Source of the DNA: Waddliaceae bacterium
GTDB lineage: Bacteria; Chlamydiota; Chlamydiia; Chlamydiales; SLOH01
DNA length: 24,117 bases
Reading direction: 5' to 3'
Assembly: GCA_040880105.1 (NCBI GenBank)
Contig: JBBDJA010000016.1
Coordinates: forward strand, 1-24,117
Part shown: positions 1 through 7,639 of the stretch, one piece after another
Layout: each line of letters begins with the position of its first letter
How positions within the stretch are numbered: the stretch's first letter is position 1
Made by a program: the position numbers and the translations under genes
The notes under the pieces: model-generated
The model's database searches: none
Told to the model about the DNA's origin: nothing
The model's input: the letters and a program-made list of their open reading frames with translations, nothing else

Positions 1-292
1 GGAAGTGAATTTAAAACTGACAAAAGGAAAGTACACAAGAATTAGGACTTGACTAGGAATGATAAGAAAAAGAGAATCATCGTGAAAAATTTCTTAAAAG
101 AGAAATTCAAAAATAACTGGCGTTTGCTTCTGTTTGCACTCTGGATTTTTATTATTGAATATTTAAAAAAAAATAAATAATCATAGATATAAAATTTGAT
201 TTAGTTAGGTGTACAAAGTACACTTAAAAAAATCTCTGAAACATGTTTAAGAAAATCCTTTATATGAGTCATCTCCTTTTAACTTTTTTTGT

Positions 293-415
293 TTAGAATC
301 TCAAAACTCCAAAAAGTTGGATGACTCACCATACACCTATGATCTAAACGGCAACTTAACCTCCATGAATACTCCCGAAGTAAATCTCTACCTCTCATTA
401 GGGTATGAAAATTAA
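293..415 (+). pseudogene. Rhs/YD-repeat gene relic
   Basis: This frame reads LESQNSKKLDDSPYTYDLNGNLTSMNTPEVNLYLSLGYEN*. YTYDLNGNLTS (332-364) matches the YD-repeat pattern YxYDxxGxL. It has no credible start and lies just upstream of an immunity-like gene. Confidence 0.5.
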
Positions 416-481
416 AAAAAATAAAGACTACTACAGACGAACTTTCGATTTTTTAGTAGAAACAATTCTTGGTAAACTAAT

Positions 482-964
482 ATGAAATTTTTAATATCCA
501 ATAAAAAATTAGAAGATAAATTCAATTTAATTTATCGACTAGATGAGCACTCTTTTGATATCCACCCGCAACAAGAGAGGGGTTATTCATCTTTACAGAT
601 CAATGATCTGTTAATTGAAATTAATGAGGCTGGACATTTACTTTACCCTTGGGGTCTCTGTGGACTTCACTATGCAGAAGAAATAGACATAGCACCTTCA
701 AACTACAAAAAGAATACTATTACAGTTGATACAGAAGGATTTATCCCTGGAATTTCGACCCTAGTCAATCCTGAAGAAAGATGGCCAACTTACATAAACA
801 AAAGTCTTCAGTGGATATGTCTTGGAAATCCCTTTTTACAAAAGGTAAAATATACTGAATTTGCCCCAAATTGTGTTCTGGGTTTGTACAATGATGAATT
901 ACAGTCGATTTGGTTAAACCCACTAATGGGGAGTCAAAACTCTCTGGATAAATCAGATTGTTAA
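482..964 (+). CDS. Hypothetical protein, probable orphan polymorphic-toxin immunity protein
   Basis: 160-aa ORF. Motifs LIYRxDEHSFD, NDLxxE, LYPWGLC, PGIS, RWP, WICLG and LxSIWLNP resemble small proteins I recall downstream of Rhs toxins. Context supports this (YD relic upstream). Confidence 0.6.
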   Translation: MKFLISNKKLEDKFNLIYRLDEHSFDIHPQQERGYSSLQINDLLIEINEAGHLLYPWGLCGLHYAEEIDIAPSNYKKNTITVDTEGFIPGISTLVNPEERWPTYINKSLQWICLGNPFLQKVKYTEFAPNCVLGLYNDELQSIWLNPLMGSQNSLDKSDC

Positions 965-1001
965 ATTTTGCACCTTTAAGGTAAATTCATGCAAAATTTA
1001 A
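961..1001. terminator. 12-bp perfect inverted repeat at the stop of the 482-964 gene (possible terminator or stabilising hairpin)
   Basis: TTAAATTTTGCA (961-972) and TGCAAAATTTAA (990-1001). The stem is AT-rich and has no clear U-tail. Confidence 0.35.
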
Positions 1002-1158
1002 TTGAGCTGAGTTATTCAGAGGGTCCAAAACTATTTGACGATAGAGTTTCACTGAATTATTCTCTCTGCAATCAAAATTTAAATCATAAAAATAACTCTG
1101 TTACTCAGCTGGGCAATTGGCCAGATTGAGAAAACGATGATTAAATATACTCTACAAA

Positions 1159-2097
1159 ATGACTATCGTTAAAAAGCTCTCTTTTCTACTTTTAATTTTT
1201 TTCTCTTTTTGCGAAGGCTCAGTTAAAGATCGCTTGTCGCAGATCCCAAAGGAAGATCAACAAAAGTTAGAGCGTCTTTTTCGATACCTTATTTGTAATG
1301 AGCATATGGGCTATACACTCTGGGGCAATAAACCAATCACGGCAAATGAATTCTCTAGTGGTTTTTGCCCCGCCCACCTATTTTCGCCCTTTCCTCATTC
1401 AGCGAAACTTAAGTCTTCAATGTCAACGTGGAAAAAATACTCACACCTCTTTCCTATTAAAAACTTTATTTTCTCTGACCGGATGTTTCAATTAGAAACA
1501 ACAGAGGAGTGGTTTTATGAGGTTTACCTGATCAATAAAAAGCTCTGTGATGAATTATACAAAAAATATCCGGAGATCTTTTCGGATGGTCTTTCACCTG
1601 AAGAAAACCTTATTCGTCACAAAGGGAATGGCTATCAAAAACTCGGTCTATTATTTGGATATGGTCTACACAATACAGATTCATATATAAAAATGTGTGA
1701 ACTCCAGGATTGTATCTCCCACCTTCCTATGCCTCCCAAAAAATCTTCTCAATCAATAGAGGCCATTCAGAGATCGAATCTATTTGAGTTTAAATTTAAA
1801 ACACTGGATATCACAGATCCCGATACACCCGTTATAAAAAATCCGGAATGTATTGACCAGGCTCTTATTGTAGAGAACTATCTTAAAATGGAAAAACAGT
1901 GGATCTCTTTTTCAAGCTATCGCTCGGAAAACCGCCTTAACCCAGTTCGCCTCCCTGTATTAAAAGCAGATAAAGAACACGAAGAGACTAAGAGACTCTT
2001 TGATGATTATTCAAAGACAAGGGCTCAACTCTTTCACATCCTTAAGCAGCCGAATTTTTTAGAAATCGTTTTAGATAAATTATGCGAGGAGTTATGA
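1159..2097 (+). CDS. Secreted hypothetical protein (Chlamydiae-type family)
   Basis: 312 aa with a signal-peptide-like N-terminus (KKLSFLLLIFFSFC). Motifs GYTLWGNKP, WKKYSHLFP, LGLLFGYG and FLEIVL recall a family from environmental chlamydiae. Its stop overlaps the next ATG (ATGA). Confidence 0.75.
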   Translation: MTIVKKLSFLLLIFFSFCEGSVKDRLSQIPKEDQQKLERLFRYLICNEHMGYTLWGNKPITANEFSSGFCPAHLFSPFPHSAKLKSSMSTWKKYSHLFPIKNFIFSDRMFQLETTEEWFYEVYLINKKLCDELYKKYPEIFSDGLSPEENLIRHKGNGYQKLGLLFGYGLHNTDSYIKMCELQDCISHLPMPPKKSSQSIEAIQRSNLFEFKFKTLDITDPDTPVIKNPECIDQALIVENYLKMEKQWISFSSYRSENRLNPVRLPVLKADKEHEETKRLFDDYSKTRAQLFHILKQPNFLEIVLDKLCEEL

Positions 2098-2723
2098 AGA
2101 CAACTTTTACTTTTTTAATACTCTCACTATCCCTCTCTCTTTTTAGTGCAAACCAAAAAGTGGGAGAGCATCTCGGTTATGTCATTGCAAAGTACTTTGA
2201 GGATGAGGATATCGATTCTAATGATATCATCAAAGGCATCAAAAACTATCAATCAAACAAGACACCTCAACTGACTGAAAGTGAGCTTCACCTTCTTTAT
2301 GATGAGTTTATCATCAAACAAATGGAGAGAGATGCACAAAGTTCATTAAGTGCATCAGAGGATCTTCTAAGAAATATCAAAAGTGAGACAGGAGTCATAG
2401 AGGTTATTCCAAATACACTGTATGTAAAAAATTTTCCGAATGAAAACCCGGGGAAACAACTGACCGATCAAGGCATGTTTCATATCACATGCAAAACAGT
2501 GCATGGGAATACGTTAATCAATACTCGTCTGAATAATATCGCTGTCTTCCAAGATCTTGACCAGGCAATACCTGGTTCTGCTCTTGGTGTCAAAGGTATG
2601 TATGAGAATGAAAGAAGAGTATTGTACATCCACCCCTCACTAGCCTACAACGACTCCAGTTTATTTGAGCCGAACACTGCGCTCATCATCGATGTTGAAT
2701 TCACTAAACATCTAGAATCTTGA
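2094..2723 (+). CDS. Mip-like FKBP-type PPIase homologue with degenerate active site
   Basis: Signal peptide, FKBP_N-like helical region (VGEHLGYVI, IIKGI) and FKBP C-domain (AIPG, GMYENERRVLYIHPSLAY, PNTALIIDVE). Start moved from 2082 to ATG 2094 because of the ATGA overlap with the upstream stop and a nearby GAGGAG. Confidence 0.8.
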   Translation: MKTTFTFLILSLSLSLFSANQKVGEHLGYVIAKYFEDEDIDSNDIIKGIKNYQSNKTPQLTESELHLLYDEFIIKQMERDAQSSLSASEDLLRNIKSETGVIEVIPNTLYVKNFPNENPGKQLTDQGMFHITCKTVHGNTLINTRLNNIAVFQDLDQAIPGSALGVKGMYENERRVLYIHPSLAYNDSSLFEPNTALIIDVEFTKHLES

Positions 2724-2754
2724 ATAATCTACTTGGTAAGGAATTTCATCGGCT

Positions 2755-3300
2755 TTAGCGACTGAAGCGACCAAATGGAAACCTAAATATTTTTTTCCTG
2801 AAACTAAAACTAGGGACATACGAATCCCATTCAAGTAAATAGAACTCCAAATCTTTATTTTTTATAAGATAACTATTTTTCGTTTTTTCATTGTAAAGGG
2901 AAACCATCTCAAATGGAGCATACAACTCAGTAGCCCAGCTTTTAAGAGGTTTAAGAAATCCTGTGAATCGCAATGGGACGTCAATAGGAAGAGTTTCTCC
3001 TGTTTCTATATCCGAAACTTGCGAGGTCATTTTAGTCACAACAGCGTAAAAATTCTCAGTAGGACGTTCTTTTAATAAAACAGACAATGGTGACAGGTGA
3101 TTATCTACACCGAGTAACTCTCTTTCTACGAGCAATTCCCAATTTGATTGGACCCAATCATCAATAAAACTTCCATCATCTTCCCAATTGTGTTTTTCCG
3201 TTGCTTTATCAACAAAAAACCAGACATTCATTAAATATTCTCTGAATTTTTCAATTTGTTTCGTTAACCTTTCTGGGGTAACTTCTTCAACGAACTGCAT
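2755..3300 (-). CDS. Putative immunity protein, paralogue 2
   Basis: 181 aa, aligns end-to-end with 3342-3851 (EVTPxRLTxQ, HxWxDD, DDWxQxNWExLVEREL, LSPLS, VPLRFTGF, LEFYLxxWDSY). Confidence 0.7.
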   Translation of the reverse strand: MQFVEEVTPERLTKQIEKFREYLMNVWFFVDKATEKHNWEDDGSFIDDWVQSNWELLVERELLGVDNHLSPLSVLLKERPTENFYAVVTKMTSQVSDIETGETLPIDVPLRFTGFLKPLKSWATELYAPFEMVSLYNEKTKNSYLIKNKDLEFYLLEWDSYVPSFSFRKKIFRFPFGRFSR

Positions 3301-3341
3301 ACATAAACCTACTTTTTAAAAATTACACAAATTGAATTTAA

Positions 3342-3851
3342 TTATTTTGAAACAGATATATACGAATCCCAATCAATTAAATAAAACTCTAAACCCTCAT
3401 TAATTATAGTGTAAAAATCTTTTTTCTCTTTATCGTAAAGTGATACAGCATTAAATGGGGAGTAAAACCCAAACCCTCCAAGTTTAGATGGTCCTCTAAA
3501 CCCTGTGAAACGCAAAGGGACACCTGTGGGAAGAATTTTTTGAGTTCTTACATCTAAAAATTCTGAATTTAATTTAGTAACAACAATAAAGTGTTTTTTT
3601 TCATCATTGAAGTAACTTTTATCCATCCAAATAGATAAAGGAGACAGTTGAGCATCCGAACCAAATAATTCTCTTTCTACAAGCATTTCCCAGTTCATTT
3701 GTTCCCAGTCATCACTTAAACCTGGGTCATCATCCCAATCGTGCTCTTCCATGACGTTATCAAGATGAGGCAAAGCTACGATTAAAAATTCTCTAAATAT
3801 ATTCATTTGCCTTGTTAGTCTTTGAGGCGTTACTTCTTTAGTCATCTGCAT
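3342..3851 (-). CDS. Putative immunity protein, paralogue 1 (probably cognate to the upstream toxin tip)
   Basis: 169 aa, acidic and Trp-rich. Its start overlaps the toxin-like ORF end by 14 nt, a typical toxin-immunity coupling. Confidence 0.7.
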   Translation of the reverse strand: MQMTKEVTPQRLTRQMNIFREFLIVALPHLDNVMEEHDWDDDPGLSDDWEQMNWEMLVERELFGSDAQLSPLSIWMDKSYFNDEKKHFIVVTKLNSEFLDVRTQKILPTGVPLRFTGFRGPSKLGGFGFYSPFNAVSLYDKEKKDFYTIINEGLEFYLIDWDSYISVSK

Positions 3852-4053
3852 ACCTAAATCTTTTTTTTAAAGGCCCTTTATAACCATCAGTTCTCATTAC
3901 ATCCACGTGATTTGGTTCTCGATACCGTCCAACATTTTTCGGATCCATTCTATACTGTCGGTTACTTTTTGTGTTAACATAGCTCCCTAAACCGTTCATT
4001 GGATCAAGGTCACATTTAAGATAATCTTTACCATTAAACATATGGTGGCACAT
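3838..4053 (-). pseudogene. Orphan polymorphic toxin C-terminal domain, Ntox37-like predicted RNase (N-terminally truncated)
   Basis: MF...DPMNGLGSYVN...RQYRMDP...EPNHVDVxR...YKGPLKKRF matches my recollection of the toxin-37 pattern (conserved E and HxD). There is no delivery domain, and an in-frame TAG lies 6 codons upstream of the ATG. Confidence 0.65.
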
Positions 4054-4066
4054 TACTCCTTGATTG

Positions 4067-4126
4067 GGCTAACGTAAAGGTTAGAAGTGTTCCAAAGTTA
4101 AATACTCTTCCAACTAGGCGTTAGAT
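4067..4126 (-). other. attC-like imperfect palindrome (candidate integron cassette recombination site)
   Basis: Minus strand reads ATCTAAC-GCCTA-GTTGGAA-(21 nt)-TTCTAAC-CTTTAC-GTTAGCC. It is 60 bp, with an RYYYAAC box, unpaired 5/6-nt spacers, paired inner boxes and a GTTAG core. Confidence 0.4.
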
Positions 4127-4257
4127 TTGTCGATCAATTTTCGCATACACTAATGGGTAGAGCATTCCATAGCATCTTCTTTCGTTCTTGCTTTTAAGGT
4201 AGAGGGAAACCAAAATAGTCCAGATAAGATTCGAGTAAAAAAAGAGTTTGTATCAAC

Positions 4258-5079
4258 ATGCGCATACTATTAATCGGCACAGGTTATGTCGGAATGGCTT
4301 TGACTGCCTCATGGGAAAACCCGAGCGATCATTTCCTTGCCACAACAACTACCGCATCAAAGCTTGAGATGATTGCGTCTCAGAAAAGCGTTATGAAATC
4401 TATCATTCTCGAAATCAAAAACGGTACAGACATCGAGCCACTTTTAGAGGGGTGTGAGGCGGTCATTGTGACGGTGGCGCCAAAGCGTGGGGGTGGATAC
4501 AGAGAGATATATTTGAATACAGCTTTATGTTTAAAAGAGGGTTTAAAAAAGAGAAGCGAGCCGCTTTTTGTACTGTACACAGGAAGCACAGCTGTTTATG
4601 GAAATCAAGAAGGGGCAGGGGTCGATGAGGAGTCTAGCCTAGCTTGCGCATCTGAAAGAAGTGACATTCTATCGGAGGTGGAAGATGTATTTCTTTCATG
4701 CCAAAATGACCAAATTCAGGTGTGTATTCTTCGCTTAGGGGGAATTTATGGTTCGATGCGAAGCTTGGAAATGCGAGCGGAAAGAGTTTCAAAAAAGACG
4801 ATGAACGGCTCCGGAAAAGAGGTCACAAACCATATTCATCTGGATGATATCACAAGTGCGATTGCATTTTGTGTGGAGAATCGGCTAAGTGGAGTTTACA
4901 ACCTGGTCAATGACGATCACCCGAGTCGAGAGCTGCTGTATAGCACATTATGCAAGAAAATGCACCTTCCGCCTCCTGTCTGGGAAGGGGGCGACACGTG
5001 CTCTACAAATGCAACTGTTTCAAATGCGAAAATAAAAAAAGCGGGGTATCTTTTCAAGCAGCCGCATGTCTCTTTCTAG
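4258..5079 (+). CDS. Atypical SDR / NAD-dependent epimerase-dehydratase family protein (YeeZ-like)
   Basis: N-terminal IGTGYVG Rossmann motif, TGSTAVYG, LRLGGIYG, NHIHLDD, GVYNLVND, SNAKIK. Confidence 0.85.
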   Translation: MRILLIGTGYVGMALTASWENPSDHFLATTTTASKLEMIASQKSVMKSIILEIKNGTDIEPLLEGCEAVIVTVAPKRGGGYREIYLNTALCLKEGLKKRSEPLFVLYTGSTAVYGNQEGAGVDEESSLACASERSDILSEVEDVFLSCQNDQIQVCILRLGGIYGSMRSLEMRAERVSKKTMNGSGKEVTNHIHLDDITSAIAFCVENRLSGVYNLVNDDHPSRELLYSTLCKKMHLPPPVWEGGDTCSTNATVSNAKIKKAGYLFKQPHVSF

Positions 5080-5996
5080 TTGAGATCCCAGCCGTTTTTT
5101 ATTAGCTGATTTTTGAGGCGAAGCACGGCAATTTCTTTAGCTTTGGCTTCAATATCAATCGTTAAGGGATCTATCTCTTTCCATTCTTTTGGCATATCTT
5201 GCGGATCGATAAAGTCGTGATGCAGTCTAGGAGTTAAACCTCTCCATCCATTTTTCGGACTTGATAGATGAAACAGAGGCTCTCGGTTCCAGGTCTCCAG
5301 CGCCTTTTTAGTGGCTTGCTCAATGGTGAGTCTATCTGGCAAGCAGCGATGGTGATGAACATCATAGACAAGTGGAATATTTAGCTCCTTGCAAAGAGGA
5401 ATTAAATCGCTTGGTGTAAAAGTTTTGTCGTCATTTTCTACTGTCAATCGCTTTTGAACCTCATCTGAAAGTCGTTTGAAGTTTTGAGCAAAACGCTGAA
5501 TCGCAGCAGCCTTATCACCATAGCCTCCCCCGCCGTGGATATTAATGACATCGGCGCCAAGAAGCTTTGCAAGATATCCATGGTACTCAAGGTCTGCAAT
5601 CGATTTTTCTACCACGTCTTCTTTAGGAGAGTTCAAGACTACGTACTGATCGGGATGAAAAGACAGGCGAATGTTACGATCGCGGGAGAGTTGTTTGATC
5701 TTTTGAAAGTGCGTTTTAAGACAATCGATATTCGGAAGATCCTCAAGAGTGTAGCCCCATTCGGGATGGGTATAGATGGGCAAAAGTCCGCTATTAATCC
5801 GAAAGGCTCCGATTCCGTTATTGGCGCAATACTGTATGGCGAGATAGAGGTTCTGCAGGTTGCTCTCAATAATGGGGGCAAGATATTCTAGGCGACTTGA
5901 GCCTTGCTCCTCAATCTTTGAGAGATAACGAGCGGTTGTGGTGCGAAAGCAAATGGGCTCTTCAATAAAGAGGCAGCATAATCCGACTCTTTGCAT
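5076..5996 (-). CDS. uvsE: UV DNA damage endonuclease
   Basis: RLSFHPDQYVVLNSP, IHGGG, RLTVENDD, PLVYDVHHH, HLSSP, HHDFI and IEAKAKE are UvdE-family motifs. Confidence 0.95.
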   Translation of the reverse strand: MQRVGLCCLFIEEPICFRTTTARYLSKIEEQGSSRLEYLAPIIESNLQNLYLAIQYCANNGIGAFRINSGLLPIYTHPEWGYTLEDLPNIDCLKTHFQKIKQLSRDRNIRLSFHPDQYVVLNSPKEDVVEKSIADLEYHGYLAKLLGADVINIHGGGGYGDKAAAIQRFAQNFKRLSDEVQKRLTVENDDKTFTPSDLIPLCKELNIPLVYDVHHHRCLPDRLTIEQATKKALETWNREPLFHLSSPKNGWRGLTPRLHHDFIDPQDMPKEWKEIDPLTIDIEAKAKEIAVLRLKNQLIKNGWDLN

Positions 5997-7639
5997 TATA
6001 AATTACGCCAAAAATTCGGCACTAAAATCGCAAGAACCACTAGGAACTCGAGTCGTCCGAGAATCATCAAGAAGCAAGAAAAGATGAGGCTAAAATCCGA
6101 TAAAAAGGCGCATGAGTGCATGGGGGATGCCATGCGAAACCCAATTCCGATATTGTTAACAAACAGGCTGGAAAGGGAAAGAGAGGTCTCCGGGTCCACC
6201 CCATCGATACAAAAGATAAAGGTCGAGAAAACCGCAACCGCAATTGCTATTAAAAAAAAGTTAAGAACAGTTGTAATTGCTCTTTTGTCCACTTCGCGAT
6301 TGCCGATCCGAAATGTCTGGACAGTCTCGGGTTGAAAAAGGGTTTCTGCGTGGTTTTGTCCGATGCGAAAGAGCATGTAATGGCGAATGACCTTAAATCC
6401 ACCGGATGTGGATCCGGACATACCGCCGACATACATAAGAATCAATAAGAGCACCTGTACGGCATATGGCCATCGATCATAATCAACTGTAGTATATCCT
6501 GTTGTTGTCATCACACTGACCACTTGAAAAAATCCGTATCGGATCGCCTCAGGCACCGAGTAGACCCCTTCTGTCATTCCGGTGGTTAAGACCTTTGTGC
6601 GGCCAATGATAAACCACGAGGCAAATCCACCACCTAGAAGGAGGAGAATGATATAGAGAAAAAACTCAGGCTCAAAAAATCGATAGAATTTCCCCTGTAA
6701 AGCATAGAAATACAGCGCGTAATTGACGCCTCCTAAGAACATAAAGGTCATGATCACCCATTCGGTCATAGGGTTTGCAAAGTACCCAATACTTCCGTTA
6801 ACCGGGGTGAATCCACCTGTTGAAGCGTTTGTAAATGTAATCGTGACTGCTTGAAAAAGAGACATCTCCCCATCGGTCCATAACAAAATCACAACCTCTA
6901 GTAGAGAGAGTCCAACGTAAATCTTCCAGAGCCGAAGGGCAGTCTCTTTAATGCGTGGGGTCAAGCTCTCTTGCAATGGACCTGGTACTTCAGATCGAAA
7001 CAGCATCTTGCCTCCGACTCCAAGCGCGGGAAGAATGGCGACAAATAAAACAACAATCCCCATGCCTCCAAACCACTGGGTCATTCCCCTCCAGAACAAA
7101 AGCGCTCGGCTGACTGCATCCATTCCCTCGAATAAAATATTGCCATCTTGATCTCGTACGGGGCTAATAGTACCGTAGTAAGAGTAATGCACGGGGCTCA
7201 CTCCGCAAAATTCGATTTCATAGGGCACTTCCTGTCCTGTGGGATCGAACTTTTTCGCCTGCAGCGTCGTCGCACCTGTTGTGGAGAACCCGGAGGTCGC
7301 TTCAAAGAGCGCTATAAAAGGATTTTCCAAGGTCCCGCTTGTATAAAAGGGAACAGCTGCAATCAAGGGAGTTAAAACCCAGATGGCGACAACAATCGTA
7401 ATCCCCTCTCTTCGATAGAGATGTCCCCCGGCAGATCTCCCGAAAAAATAAAAAAGAGAGCCCATTCCAAGTGCTAAAGCGATCGTATAGATAAAGTCAA
7501 TTGTGGTGTGGGGCTGTGGATGCAAAAGAGGGTCGGAAATAAATTGAAAATACGCGGCCAACCCAAATGGTATCAAAAGAACAAGTGCGATGCCAAAGAG
7601 ATAGTAGCCTAAAACTTTTGATATTTCACGATAGTACAT
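5996..7639 (-). CDS. trkH: Trk system K+ uptake membrane protein
   Basis: Four pore motifs (STTG, STGG, TTTG, NNIG), QWFGGMG, GGMSGSTSGGFKV, MILGRLE. Confidence 0.95.
   Translation of the reverse strand: MYYREISKVLGYYLFGIALVLLIPFGLAAYFQFISDPLLHPQPHTTIDFIYTIALALGMGSLFYFFGRSAGGHLYRREGITIVVAIWVLTPLIAAVPFYTSGTLENPFIALFEATSGFSTTGATTLQAKKFDPTGQEVPYEIEFCGVSPVHYSYYGTISPVRDQDGNILFEGMDAVSRALLFWRGMTQWFGGMGIVVLFVAILPALGVGGKMLFRSEVPGPLQESLTPRIKETALRLWKIYVGLSLLEVVILLWTDGEMSLFQAVTITFTNASTGGFTPVNGSIGYFANPMTEWVIMTFMFLGGVNYALYFYALQGKFYRFFEPEFFLYIILLLLGGGFASWFIIGRTKVLTTGMTEGVYSVPEAIRYGFFQVVSVMTTTGYTTVDYDRWPYAVQVLLLILMYVGGMSGSTSGGFKVIRHYMLFRIGQNHAETLFQPETVQTFRIGNREVDKRAITTVLNFFLIAIAVAVFSTFIFCIDGVDPETSLSLSSLFVNNIGIGFRMASPMHSCAFLSDFSLIFSCFLMILGRLEFLVVLAILVPNFWRNL

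Noticed and set aside
277..322. TTTTAAC...GTTGGAT as a second attC site
   Set aside because: Only 46 bp, the first box is not RYYYAAC, the spacers are fully paired, and there are no credible L boxes.
1..4250. Prophage or IS element explaining the AT-rich zone
   Set aside because: No transposase, integrase or phage genes and no target-site duplications were seen.
4121..4252. 43-codon minus-strand open frame ending in the attC-like box as a real gene
   Set aside because: No good start/RBS and no recognisable motif. It is kept only as weak context for the attC-like site.
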